The notes under the pieces: model-generated
What the model saw: the letters and a program-made list of their open reading frames with translations, nothing else
Database searches by the model: none
Told to the model about the DNA's origin: nothing
Made by a program: the position numbers and the translations under genes
From: Octopus bimaculoides
Taxonomy: Eukaryota
NCBI RefSeq assembly: GCF_001194135.2
Contig: NC_068987.1
Span: 98,143,032-98,207,031, forward strand
Direction of reading: 5' to 3'
Length of the DNA: 64,000 nt
Part shown: positions 39,190 through 52,419 of the stretch, piece by piece
Layout: each line of letters begins with the position of its first letter
Position numbering within the stretch: position 1 is the first letter of the stretch

Positions 39190-39925
39190 TGATCACCAGC
39201 AGCAAACACCACAAGAAAAACAGCAACGACAACGACTGTGACAAAGGATGACAAAATCACCCTTTAACAACAGCAAAGAGAATAAAACAAGAAACGCTTA
39301 ATGAGAGGAAGTGCAAAGTTAGGATTTAATTAAAGTTCAAATTAGTGAAATTTAACCTAATGAAATGAAGATTGATTTTCTGATGCCCGTAGGTAGTTGT
39401 CAGGAAATGGGTCGGGGTAGTTTAAGGTCAATATTCCGCGTTAAATATTCCTTAATTCACAATGACTTCAGAATGGCCGACGTGGATTTTCTAAGCTGAA
39501 TTATCAAATCACACAGGCGAACATGCGCATACACAAGTGCTCGCACGCATACACACACTAACACACACGCGTGCGCTCACGAACACAGACGAACACATAT
39601 GCACATTCACACACTGACAGACACACATCTCTCTCCGTCTCTGTCTCTGTCTCTCTCTAGTCAAAACCTACACGCATGCACAGACAGAAAATGTCTTTCA
39701 CACACACACGCACAGCATCTTTTTCTCTTTTCTCTCTCAGGCACATTGACGGATGCTCACGCGCGCACACACAGATTCTCGTACAGATTCACGCACATAC
39801 ACTTTCTCAAACACACACATATACGCTTACATACATTCACGCACAGACTCAGACAAATACTCACACACACATACACACGCTCACACTCATTTACGTACAG
39901 ACTCAGATACATACTCACACGTACA

Positions 39926-39976
<51 letters not shown>

Positions 39977-40419
39977 TTATCATTCTAATAGTTATATCGT
40001 CGCAATTAGGACATACATGTACACGCACAGAAGTTGTCACACAAGTGCACACATGAAGTTCCACAATCACATAATCACGCACATATTTCTTCTTTTTCTA
40101 AGAGTTATATAAACAGAATCAGAACCTTCTCTCTCTCTCTATCTCTCTCTCTCTGTCTCTCTGTCTCTCTGTCTCTCTTTCTCTCTCTCTCTGTCCCCCT
40201 CTCTCTCTCTCCCTCCAGCCTCTCTCTCTCAAACACACACACACACATACACACACAAACTCCTCGTTCTCTTTTCAACAGTTATACATACGCAACCACA
40301 ACCTACGCACAAATGCTTGTACACACACACACACACACAAACACAAACACAAACACAGACACACACACGCACACTCATCCTTCTTTTTCTCATCTTTCTC
40401 TCATCTCTCTGTCCCTCAC

Positions 40420-40484
<65 letters not shown>

Positions 40485-40488
<4 letters not shown>

Positions 40489-40722
40489 GTCTTCCCCTAT
40501 CTTTCTTTCTATCCCTCTGTCCAGGCCTCTACTTCACTGCTATACCCTTCTGTCCCTTCCTCCTTGTTCCACTTCCTCCCTCCACCATCCGCTCTATCTA
40601 TTTATCTATATGTCTTCCTCTATCTGTCTATCTATCTATCTATCTTTCTATATATTTATCTATCTGTCTTCCTCTATCTTTCTATCTATCCCTCTGTCCT
40701 GGCCTCTACTTCACTGCTATAC
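40485..40722. repeat. About 177-bp tandem unit (second copy runs into a gap)
   Basis: ATCTGTCTTCC.CTATCTTTCT.TCTATCCCTCTGTCC.GGCCTCTACTTCACTGCTATAC at 40485 and 40662. Confidence 0.7.
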
Positions 40723-42399
40723 NNNNNNNNNNNNNNNNNNNNNNNNNNNNNNNNNNNNNNNNNNNNNNNNNNNNNNNNNNNNNNNNNNNNNNNNNNNNNN
40801 NNNNNNNNNNNNNNNNNNNNNNNNNNNNNNNNNNNNNNNNNNNNNNNNNNNNNNNNNNNNNNNNNNNNNNNNNNNNNNNNNNNNNNNNNNNNNNNNNNNN
40901 NNNNNNNNNNNNNNNNNNNNNNNNNNNNNNNNNNNNNNNNNNNNNNNNNNNNNNNNNNNNNNNNNNNNNNNNNNNNNNNNNNNNNNNNNNNNNNNNNNNN
41001 NNNNNNNNNNNNNNNNNNNNNNNNNNNNNNNNNNNNNNNNNNNNNNNNNNNNNNNNNNNNNNNNNNNNNNNNNNNNNNNNNNNNNNNNNNNNNNNNNNNN
41101 NNNNNNNNNNNNNNNNNNNNNNNNNNNNNNNNNNNNNNNNNNNNNNNNNNNNNNNNNNNNNNNNNNNNNNNNNNNNNNNNNNNNNNNNNNNNNNNNNNNN
41201 NNNNNNNNNNNNNNNNNNNNNNNNNNNNNNNNNNNNNNNNNNNNNNNNNNNNNNNNNNNNNNNNNNNNNNNNNNNNNNNNNNNNNNNNNNNNNNNNNNNN
41301 NNNNNNNNNNNNNNNNNNNNNNNNNNNNNNNNNNNNNNNNNNNNNNNNNNNNNNNNNNNNNCACCGCCACCACCATAACCCCTCCAAAAAACGACAACGA
41401 CGACCACCACCACCATCATTACCATCACCACCGTCTCTACCACCACCTCTGTCGCCGCCACCACCACCACCACCTCGAATATCAACATCATCAACCTCCA
41501 CCGCCATCGCCGGCATCGCTGATATCAACACTACCCCTCCCACATCCATTACAAACACCCATACTCACACCATTACTACCGTCACTATGACGACGCAACA
41601 TCCACAAAATTCACTAGCAGCTCCATCCAACAAAGGTGCCTCTATATGGTCACTCGATTTGCTGAAAACAGCAACGAAATTCGACATCAATCTCACCAAG
41701 CCATACCAAATGTTAAAGGACACATTTGACACTATAATTTCTGTTAAACATTGAACGGATAGTCACGATTGGAACGTCTTTGATGTGAAACCTAGTGCGA
41801 AATAACAAGGATATTCCATCATTAATACTAACCTTTAATTACCAACATTAACACTATTCAACCACATGTAACCCCATTAGTATTGAGCCACCACACTTAT
41901 CTTCCTCGACAGCAATATGAAGCCATCACATTTACATAGGAACATCTATTAGCCAAATCAACTTCAAAGCACATCCTACTACCAATAAAAGAAAAAAAAA
42001 ACACGATAGATACATTTCGTAATGTAGTCCTAAATAATGGTTGACCTACGATTAAAGAACAACAATAAACACACGAATGCATACTAAACATGCTAAAACT
42101 CACTGAAATCTCTGTCTTAAAAAGGGAGAAAACCTTGCAATACAAAAAATTGAAGAAAAAACAAGATAAAAAAATAAAGTGTGGTCATAGCTGGAACGCC
42201 TGTGGTCAAAAGTATGCTCGGTAAGAGCTCTCTTACGGTTGAACAACAATTTCAAAGCGCATATTGCAACACTCAACCACATGTCTATAGTCTTGAAAGA
42301 AAGCCATATACGCAGCGCTGGATTGGCCATTAAGCAAAATAAGCACGTGCTGAGGGCGTCAATGGAAGGAGGGTGTACCACAAGAATGGTAAATGGTTT

Positions 42400-42562
42400 A
42401 CGGCACCAAAGAAATCACTTTAAACTTGCTAAAATGTTATTCGGGTTGCCTTTATCTCTACTAAGTATAGATGCAGATATATTACCTAAGATTAAGTTTG
42501 AGGATCTGATCAAAGACTTTGCAATTCAAAAAAGTAGGAGGAATCTTTCCAAATATAAATAA
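42400..42562 (+). mobile_element. hAT transposase C-terminal (dimerisation region) relic
   Basis: LSLLSIDADILPKIKFEDLIKDFAIQKSRR resembles the hAT C-terminal consensus L.LLSIE.D....I.F..LI.DFA..K.R. Confidence 0.55.
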
Positions 42563-42934
42563 AGTGGAAGTATACAAAAAAAAGAAAAACATTATTTTCC
42601 CTCTTACTGTTGTTTTGTTTCATTTCGAAAAATGAAAAATTTATTTTATGGTTTGTTATTGTTTATATTTTGAATTACATAATCTTTTATGGGGGAACCG
42701 AACCTCGATAGGTCTTAAACCAACCCTGCATGTTCGTATATGGTTTCTTGGGTTCCCTGCACAGGGAAAAATACGGGAAGGTCACGGCTGGAATTCCTTT
42801 GATCATCTCTACAAAATTACGTCTGATCTCTGACCTGAACTAAACAGCAACGAGGGCTTTCGCGTTGATTTCTACTAACAAGTACTTCACTTGTATAAAT
42901 AGAATTCTTTCGTTTCGCCTTTTTAAAGCCTAAC

Positions 42935-43075
42935 TAGGCTCATGGGCTCGGTTTCCCGGTTTCTATGGCGTATGTGTTCCCCCCAGCTGGACGGGACGCC
43001 AGTCCATCGCAGCGTTACTCTAGAAACAGGAAGAAAGAGTGAGAGAAAGTTGGGGCGAAAGAGTACAACAGGGCG
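42935..43075 (-). mobile_element. SINE family D-related fragment
   Basis: GAAACAGGAAGAAAGAGTGAGAGAAAGTTG.GGCGAAAGAGTACA shared with 32890-32935. Confidence 0.6.
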
Positions 43076-43480
43076 GATAAAAGGTGAAACTGTGTGTAAA
43101 GAAGCTAGCCTTTTTCAACCAATATAGTTCTAGTCTGTTCAATTTCATCCACAACCTTTGGACGGCCTAAGGCTAAGGAAGAAAATATTCACTGAATGAA
43201 GCCCGTGAATACTAAATGACTACACATCTTGACTACACAGCCATTTGCTCATATACTACACAGTATACTATAGAATGCTGTAGGTTTATTGTAGAACAGT
43301 GAACTACAACGCACTTCTTTACTCTACATGATACTACCACATAATATATTACACCTCACTACACCACTCCATTCCATACTCATTATACCATCGTAAGATA
43401 TATAACTACTATATCACGCCACATGACATCGTGCTGGAGTAAACGATACGCTATCATACCATACCATGCAATATCACATA

Positions 43481-43893
43481 CCATAAATCTTTGAGTATAG
43501 TCCGCCCTTGAGTATAACACGCAGGGGATTTTCAGGGGACTGTACCTCTGAAAAACCTAAACCTTGTGTATAATACGCACCCCTTCTCTAACTTGAGTCA
43601 AGGACGTCTATATAACGTTCTTGGTTTGTAAACGTATATACGGTAACGTCCTTTATTATTATTGTATATATAACATAATGCAAGCGTGTAGCTTTTTGTG
43701 CACTTTGCAGAAAATAAAGAAATAACAGTAATAACGTCAGTGAAAAATAAATATTTTGCCTTTACATATTTATAACTTAGAAAATTTGGCTTAGAAAATA
43801 TTTTTCATTTTTAACCTCGTATATAATACGCACTAGAAATTTTGACCTTTTAATTTTGGGAAGAAAGTGTGGATTATACTCGAGGATTTACGG
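43481..43893. mobile_element. 413-bp pogo/Tc2-type MITE
   Basis: TA|CCATAAATCTTTGAGTATAGTCCGC ... GTGGATTATACTCGAGGATTTACGG|TA. Confidence 0.85.
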
Positions 43894-44258
43894 TATTTGT
43901 CACATCTGGCCATATTAAATCATATCACACGATACTATACCCCATCACATTATATCATACTCTACCTTGTCATAGGATATCATATCGTGTAATATTACCC
44001 CCTTCGCGCCAACGATGGAAACCACTGTGCGGTTACACGAGGTACAAGAAATGGTAACAGAATCTCTTTGTAATCCTACTCAACTTCCAGTTCCAGAAAA
44101 GAAGTAACGTGTTGGTTAATAGGCTCCTGTATGTCCCTAAAAGGATTGGATGATCTTTGCTGGGATATCTGTGATTAGAGGTTTGCGTAATCAGAGAATA
44201 CCCGAGGCATAACAACAACTACTACAACTACAGCAACACAATCTATCCAACGAAATAC

Positions 44259-44309
44259 TATATTAGACTACAATCTATATTAGACTACAATCTATATTAG
44301 ACTACAATC
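44259..44309. repeat. 3 x 17-bp perfect tandem repeat TATATTAGACTACAATC
   Basis: Direct reading. Confidence 0.95.
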
Positions 44310-44640
44310 AAATCACAATACACCACACGACGCTATAATACACCTTATCATATCACTGAGAATTCACTATAGTTCAGTGTACTACAAATTATCACACAAC
44401 AGGAGACCTACTAAAATTAGTCACAAAATATCCTTCATTCTACCATCCTAAAATAGAAAGGACGAGTATGATGAATGTTGTGTAAGCCATTGCTGGAACG
44501 CCTCTCACAATTGATTTGTTTGTTTAGGGCTGACGTGGGACAAAAGGACATGGGAAACGAAACATGGGGGGAGGGAGAAAGAAGGAGAGAGAGAGAATGA
44601 GAAAGACAGAGACGGAGGAGGAGTGAGAAAGACATAGAAC

Positions 44641-44682
<42 letters not shown>

Positions 44683-45904
44683 AAGAGAGGGGGAGAGAGA
44701 GAAATAAGAGCGAGAATAGGGAAGGAGTAGAGAATGAAAGATTAATTGAGACGAAACGAAGAAACGAAGGTACAAATAAAGTGGATAGGGATAAAGGGAG
44801 AGAATGAGAGAAAATACAGAACGAGAAGAAAATAGGAGGATGAGGATGTGGATGAGGATGAGGAAGGGAGGAGAAGGAGGAGGAGGAGGAACAGATGTAG
44901 AAGAAAAGGGAGACGACAGGGGCGATCGAGGCTAAAAGGAGGAAGTAAATAGATATTAAAGCAAGCTGAAATGAATGAAAGAACGAGAATCAGGTATGAA
45001 ATGTAATTAAGAACAAAAGAAAAGATAATTAGAAAGTGAGGGAGAATGCAGAGGAACGAGATATACTATAATCGGAACCAAGAAGGAAAAACAAAGAATC
45101 AGATCTAGAAAGCGTGAAAGAAAGGCAAACAGAATGGGAAGACATAGATAGATGTTATATAAGAGTGAATATGAGTGCTGAAGGAATTATTGGCTGACAA
45201 TGTATTAGAGTGCCGTTTTCTCCCATTATTCATGTGTTCAGACTTGGTGTGATGGCAGACACCATATGTTTCCTGAAATCACACCATATGGCCATTTTCT
45301 TATTAAAACACCAATACATACTGCAGCAAAACAACATTTATCATTCCTCCATAACCTACTCCACTCAACAGCACTCACTCATCCAAGCGCCCTCCCGTTA
45401 GCGAACCACTGACCTTCTCATCCCGCAACTGTTCTTAGCAACACGAGATGAAGTCTATGCCATTTAAATGATAAATAAGTATGTAAATAAATAAATAAAT
45501 AAACGTGATGGAAATGCCGCTAACGGAGAAAGAGGAAAAGACAGAACAAAAAAAGGAAGAAAAAAAGAAAGACAGAAAGAAAGAAAGACAGGAAGAAAGA
45601 AGCAAGGGAAGATGATAATGAGGAGAGTGTGAATGACTCTCATATATTTACATTCACACGCTGAACTGTTGACAATCGAGCGGTTAGATTATCGAAGATT
45701 TATATCCTGTCGCCTATGTTAAGTTTTGTTCAAGGCTGGGGCACATAACTGTTATTGGTCCACGCAATCTGGCTGTAGGTACGTACAACAAGGTTTATTA
45801 GACATGTTACATCAGAGTTCTGTTCTCACTATGAACGGAAGATGAAATATCGTCTTTGTCATGATTTTTCTGTCTCAATAAGAATAGATATTTTTGTGTG
45901 TGTT

Positions 45905-46068
45905 AGGCGCAGGCGTGGCTGTGTGGTAAGAAGCTGGCTTCCCAACCACATGGTTCTGGGTTCAGTTTCACTGCGTAGCACCTTGAGCAAGTTCTTCGAC
46001 TATAGCTTCGGGCCGACCAAGGCCTTGTCAGTGGATTTGGTAGACCGAAACTGAAAGAAACTCGTCGA
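45905..46068 (+). mobile_element. SINE family B 5' half
   Basis: GGCGCAGGCGTGGCTGTGTGGTAAG...GGGTTCAGTTTCACTGCGTAGCACCTTGAGCAAG. Confidence 0.9.
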
Positions 46069-47040
46069 GTCTATGTGTATGTGTGTGTGTGTATGTGTGA
46101 GTGTGTGTGTGTGTGTGTGTGTATGTGTGTGTGTATGCATGCATGTATATATGTGTATATCTATACGTCGTGTCTTTGTGTCTATATTTCGCCCCCTATC
46201 CTGTATGCCGCCTGTATGTGTGCATGTATGTATGTCTGNNNNNNNNNNNNNNNNNNNNNNNNNNNNNNNNNNNNNNNNNNNNNNNNNNNNNNNNNNNNNN
46301 NNNNNNNNNNNNNNNNNNNNNNNNNNNNNNNNNNNNNNNNNNNNNNNNNNNNNNNNNNNNNNNNNNNNNNNNNNNNNNNNNNNNNNNNNNNNNNNNNNNN
46401 NNNNNNNNNNNNNNNNNNNNNNNNNNNNNNNNNNNNNNNNNNNNNNNNNNNNNNNNNNNNNNNNNNNNNNNNNNNNNNNNNNNNNNNNNNNNNNNNNNNN
46501 NNNNNNNNNNNNNNNNNNNNNNNNNNNNNNNNNNNNNNNNNNNNNNNNNNNNNNNNNNNNNNNNNNNNNNNNNNNNNNNNNNNNNNNNNNNNNNNNNNNN
46601 NNNNNNNNNNNNNNNNNNNNNNNNNNNNNNNNNNNNNNNNNNNNNNNNNNNNNNNNNNNNNNNNNNNNNNNNNNNNNNNNNNNNNNNNNNNNNNNNNNNN
46701 NNNNNNNNNNNNNNNNNNNNNNNNNNNNNNNNNNNNNNNNNNNNNNNNNNNNNNNNNNNNNNNNNNNNNNNNNNNNNNNNNNNNNNNNNNNNNNNNNNNN
46801 NNNNNNNNNNNNNNNNNNNNNNNNNNNNNNNNNNNNNNNNNNNNNNNNNNNNNNNNNNNNNNNNNNNNNNNNNNNNNNNNNNNNNNNNNNNNNNNNNNNN
46901 NNNNNNNNNNNNNNNNNNNNNNNAAAAAAACAAACATTCTTAAAAAAAGATGGACGTTAGGACAATACAACAACAACACAAACATACGAAACCAAGGCAA
47001 TAACAATAGCAATGTTAGTGACAACAAATGTGAAACTCAC

Positions 47041-47063
47041 CTTAACCTCTTTCACATAAACAA
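47041..47063 (-). CDS. 23-nt microexon: (V)VYVKEVK (phase 1 to 0)
   Basis: ttttatacttttgtgttattatag|TT...AAG|gtgagt; both splice sites near consensus; only one open frame. Confidence 0.55.
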
Positions 47064-47479
47064 CTATAATAACACAAAAGTATAAAACCAGAACAACAAC
47101 AACACAAATTACGGAACCAAATGAACAACAGTAACAACAGCAGTAATAACATCAACAATGAATACAACACCAGCAGTAACAACAACGCCAGCAACTGTAA
47201 CAACTACAACAACAGTAACACAGATTGCACCCTTGGCTCTGTCTTCTATAACCTCAACGACAAATCGTACGACATGACTTTCACTTATCCTTCAGCAAAA
47301 GGGTGTGTATCCCAGTATCCCACCACTAACTGACAGTGAGACAGAAGCAAAGATTTCTTTAGCTAGAAATAATCTCCGACACATCTTAGTCCGATATAAC
47401 AAAACGGCTAAAACACGTAACGAGTGTCAACAGTCGCCAAAGGTCTACAAAAACTGAAACAGTGAATTAGGAAAAAGGA

Positions 47480-48050
47480 ATTAGTGTGCCTCCTTACGGA
47501 CAAGTCTGGCAAACTGTCGATAGACAATCCACAGAACTATGTCCAGACCATGCAACAACACATCAGTAGCATAAGAGAGATTGCACCACAGGAACATGAA
47601 AGAGTAGGAAATATTCTCAATGCAACATATTCCAACTCGGGAAACGGACTGCACACAGTTTCCAAGCATTCAACAAAATGTTCCTACGCTGTACCGTTTA
47701 CAAAAGAACCATAAGCCCCACATTAACCTTGTTATGGGTCCACCAACCCGGCCAGTTTATGGAGCCAATATCTCCAGCAATTATAGGCTATCCTACTTCT
47801 TCTCATGTGTTACAACCACTCGTTGAAATGTCCCCGGATGTCTGCGTGAGCACAGAGGACCTCCTCAGTAGAATCAGTGGTTGTAACCAATCCAACGACC
47901 TCGCCGGTTGTGTTATAGGTAGTATGGACGTGGTTTCACTCTGCCCATCTATAGATAAATTTTGCTGTAGAGAAATGCATTGAGATTATCTATGAGAGTG
48001 AAGTGGTGTTCCGCGAAGTCAACACGTTTGAACTGGGCCACCTCATGGGA
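47480..48050 (+). mobile_element. Penelope-like element reverse-transcriptase relic
   Basis: TDKSGKL.ID...NY...MQQHI / VPTLYRLQK.HK...GPPTRPVYGA / STEDLLSRI..CN...CVIGSMDVVSLCPSID across frameshifts. Confidence 0.75.
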
Positions 48051-48515
48051 CAGGCATTTTTACTTTCTATTACTAAAAGAATATTTGGAATCATAATTAT
48101 AATTAATCCACCTATGTTTTGTGAATTATACGGTAATATTTTGAAGATATACTATCACCATTTCAAATTTAATTCCTATATTTATTTATTAAGTTCACTA
48201 GATCACTAAAAGATACTAAAAGGAGACTAAAAAATAAATCACTGTCCTCTTTGACGTTACATTTGGCAGTAAGTTTATATAATCTTGTTATCCATCATTT
48301 CACGGACAGCATCTTCAATCACGCTTACGAATTATTGAGAATATTTTATTGTTATATATACATAGTCCGGCGTCTTTCAGTAAGAAATTTATGAAAATTG
48401 TTTCCTCCCTCCATCTCTTTGAATAGATGCAGCATTCTTTTCTCTATAATTAATAAACTACTGTCTTCTTCACTTTTTGACACACGTAGACGCAGACACG
48501 TAGATGTATATGAGC

Positions 48516-48557
<42 letters not shown>

Positions 48558-48784
48558 NNNNNNNNNNNNNNNNNNNNNNNNNNNNNNNNNNNNNNNNNNN
48601 NNNNNNNNNNNNNNNNNNNNNNNNNNNNNNNNNNNNNNNNNNNNNNNNNNNNNNNNNNNNNNNNNNNNNNNNNNNNNNNNNNNNNNNNNNNNNNNNNNNN
48701 NNNNNNNNNNNNNNNNNNNNNNNNNNNNNNNNNNNNNNNNNNNNNNNNNNNNNNNNNNNNNNNNNNNNNNNNNNNNNNNNNNNN

Positions 48785-48935
48785 TCTGTCTTTATGTTCT
48801 GAGTTCAAATTCTTCCGAGGTAGACTTTGCCTTTCGTCCTTTCGTGTTTGATAAATTAAGTACCAGTTGTATACTGAGGTCGATCTAATCAACTGGCCCC
48901 CTCTCCACAAAAGAAATCAGGCCCAGAAAAGTATA
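48785..48935 (+). mobile_element. SINE family A (5' end in gap)
   Basis: GTTCTGAGTTCAAATTC..CCGAGGTAGACTTTGCCTTTCGTCC...GATAAATTAAGTACCAG. Confidence 0.85.
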
Positions 48936-49109
48936 TTATGACAGTTACAGAATATAGAAAGCAATGTAACACCAATGACTATATAATCCAACCAAAATGT
49001 CCCAGTTACAGAAAGACGTAAACAGAAGTACTATTTAACCTTAAAATACATCGTACATATTCAAAGAACCTTCTTGGTTTAGTGGAATGGAACGTTGTTC
49101 TGGTATTCT

Positions 49110-49285
49110 TTTATTCCTTTAATTGTTTCAGTCCTTTGACGGTGGCCATGCTGGAGCACCACCCTTTAGTCGAAGCTGGTGTTTATTCTATCAGTCTCTT
49201 CTGCCGCACGGCTAAATTGCAGGGACGCAAACGCACCAACATCGGTTGTCAAACAATAGTAGTGGTGGGACAAACACAGACACAA
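49110..49285 (-). mobile_element. SINE family B 3' half, internally deleted
   Basis: TGTTTCAGTCC.TTTGAC.GTGGCCATGCTGGAGCACC...CACCAACATCGGTTGTCAA. Confidence 0.8.
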
Positions 49286-49360
49286 ACACACATACACACA
49301 CACATGCATACATACAAACATACATACATACATGCATACATACACACACACACACACATA

Positions 49361-49401
<41 letters not shown>

Positions 49402-49469
49402 GACGGGTTTGGAGGTAGTGGTGAAGCTGGCTGGTACGATTATAACAAAATACTGATTGTCCTATACTT

Positions 49470-49505
<36 letters not shown>

Positions 49506-49871
49506 CATTTAAGAAGGATGACCACTAAGTGGACATCCATTATGCTAGATGTAGACCCCATATGGTCTGACCACTGAGAAAAGATTGTTCTCAAGATAAT
49601 TCAGGAAACGCCAAAACGTAAGCGAGCATAAAGGACGTCCACTTAGTGGTCATTCTTCTTATATGTATGTACTTGAGCTTTTCTCATTGAAGAATCAAAA
49701 GGTACACAATAACTTTCTTTTGAGATGTTCTTTAGTACTTTCAATACTCTACTTGTTTGGCAGATATTAGATATGAACCATCTCAGACATAGTCCTCATT
49801 GTAAAAATAACAGTATTTTCGAACATTTGCTAAGTTTGAAAACGCAAATATTCTCTATTCTTTCACCGTAC

Positions 49872-49899
49872 CTGCAGTTATCCCAAACTCACATGATTT
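49872..49899 (-). CDS. 28-nt microexon: KSCEFGITA (phase 0 to 1)
   Basis: atcatttataaccag|AAA...CAG|gtacgg; only one open frame. Confidence 0.5.
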
Positions 49900-50443
49900 C
49901 TGGTTATAAATGATCTATCGCAGCCAATCCATTCACCATCGAGAACAAGCAGTACATTAAAGCTCTATGACTAGGAGAACGAAAGCTTGAAACCTGTAAA
50001 TCTAATTTGGTACGATGTCATTTGTTCGTTTTAATCGACTCTGTTATCACCGCCAGTTCTAATAATAGAAGAGAGGCAGACAGCTTCTGAAATACATGTA
50101 GAATATTGAAGGGAAACTGAGATTTTTCTGTCAGCGTGAAGTTAACTCATTGTCAGTAAAATAACTACAACTACAGGGATATTGTCTTCGAGCCATCTAC
50201 ATTTCTTCTGCCATGTAGAGCAAAACTCCGGCATCGGTAAAATTGTTTGGAGACATTGCATGTGATGATAAAATACTGCAACCTCGTATCATCGAAGATG
50301 GTCTTAACAGGAACGTGAATGGGCATTTGAACATGTTGGATGACCTAAGAAGAATCTAACATGCAATTTTGGCTCTTGTTTATTAATTCATCAAAGAAAT
50401 TATTTTCCAAAACCTTTTATTAGATTCGTTAGCCCAGAGTAGC

Positions 50444-50495
50444 TTTGGCTGAGGAGACATAACGATGCCTGAACACCGGTGGTCTCAAAATCTAC
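50444..50495 (+). ncRNA. Degenerate type-I hammerhead-like motif
   Basis: TTTGG-CTGAGGA-GACAT(AACG)ATGCC-T-GAA-CACCGGTG-GTC-TCAAA; palindromic stem III; stem I extended by GTAG/CTAC. Confidence 0.45.
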
Positions 50496-51224
50496 TTTGC
50501 CTAATGACTCCAATGACAAAATACAGCAGTTAATATAGTCATGTTCGAATCTGTCGGAAAGTGTTTAGAATGAATGTGTATGTCCTCGTTCCGATTTTTA
50601 CTGTTCATTGCACATATGACGATTTAGTATGAAAATGTTATATTATGATATAGAGGAGCGAATATATGAAACGAATGAACGAATACAGAGGGAGTATATA
50701 ATAACTAACTGGTGCTCAGCTCAACAGAAGCTGATGTGAATTTCCTAAAGCTTAGATATTTGTGGGTGTTCTGGAATCTTGTAAAGGTTATCATCTCGTT
50801 CTTCCTGCATACCACAATCCATTTGCCCATAACAGAGTTTTCGTCAACCCGAAGATATGGTAGAGGTCAAGACTGAAACGATCCTTAACTGCAGAAGGGT
50901 AACTCTTAACGGGGATACCGATCGTTAGTGCCTGGTGCGGAGATACTCTCGCGCCTGTTTGCAGCAGCTAATGCATGGAAGTCTTGTGATCACTTTCGAT
51001 TCAAGCCTTTCCCATTCAGTATGCGGCTGATAACATTATATAGAAGATAAAACAGAAACAGCCGTTGATTCTAAAAGGAGTATAACCTTTATTAATTTCA
51101 AATAGTTTACATCCCATTTATTTTGATAACAATAACTATTTCATAGCTTTAAACGTGATTATAGAATGTAGATTCTACCACGCACAAAAACACATATACA
51201 CACGCACACACGCAGAAACGTTAG

Positions 51225-51431
51225 CACGCCGGGCGAAATGCTTAGCGGTATTTCGTCTGCCGCTACGTTCTGAGTTCAAATTCCGCCGAGGTCGACTTTG
51301 CCTTTCATCCTTTCGAGGTCGATTAAATAAGTACCAGTTACGCACTGGGGTCGATATAATCGACTTAATCCGTTTGTCTGTCTTTGTTTGTCCCCTCTGT
51401 GTGTAGCCCCTTGTGGGTAGTAAAGAAATAA
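51225..51431 (+). mobile_element. SINE family A, well preserved
   Basis: Near-identical to 1557-1774. Confidence 0.9.
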
Positions 51432-51836
51432 CACACACACACATATATATGTGTGCGTGTGTGTGTATGTGTGTGTGATGTGAGAACCTGAAACAAAGTA
51501 CCAAAACCCAAAATGCGGTATTTGTTCACAATTAACGGTATTACTTCAATTTGACACAGGAATTAACGAAAAGAGTTAATGGTTCCAACGTTCCGAACAG
51601 TGGCCTTGATAGGATAATGGAAAAAAGGGGGAGAAAGGTTGAGAAGAAATTGGAAAAAGAAGGAAGAAGTAAAAAAAAAAAAAGGTTTGTGCGTTGGGGT
51701 GGGTAAACATTTTAAACGAAATACGCTCCCTGATGTTGATTACGTTAGTCCACCGACTGACCAGAAATGGCGAGTTGGCTATTGTTATTTTCTGCAAGAG
51801 CGCGAACTGGTGGAGAAGCGCGTGTCTGTATGCATG

Positions 51837-51872
<36 letters not shown>

Positions 51873-52419
51873 TGTGAGAGAGGGCATGTGTGTCTGTATG
51901 TGTATGTGAGGGCGTAGAAATGTGTCTGTCATATTGTTTTGTGTGTGCATCCGTGTATTCGTGTCCTGTTGAAAGATGACTGAACGGATAACAGCGGAAT
52001 CCAGTGAGATGGTTGTCTATATGTTGCATGTACGTGTGTGCGTGCCTGAAGATGTGCATGTGTACCTGTATGTTGTGCGCACAAGTCTGTGTGTTATATT
52101 TATACGTTTGTGTGTATTCAGGAATGTGACTGTGAGCGTGTGGTAGTGTCTTTTGTCATGAATACTTATTTAATGCATGTGGTTTTTGTGTATAGTGTGT
52201 TAAATACACACATTTATACCTGTTACATCGTGTGCGTGTAAGTATGCATGTGTATATGTATGGGTGCAATGTGTGCGTCCGTGTGTGTGTGTGCAGCGCG
52301 TGTATGTAAACAGTATGTGTATGCGTATGTGCAGTGTGTGTGTGTGTGTGTGTGTATACGGTGTGTGTATCGGAGGGATGTTAAAAGAAAATGGGAGGTG
52401 AGTTGAGGCCGAAGGAGGT

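Noticed and set aside
50150-50280. Possible CR1/Jockey RT relic (QG..F.P..FLL / VKLFGD)
   Set aside because: Requires frameshifts and lacks the catalytic ADD.
50812-50953. 46-codon open minus-strand frame between AG and GT
   Set aside because: Ends in phase 2, incompatible with the phase-0 exon at 49899.
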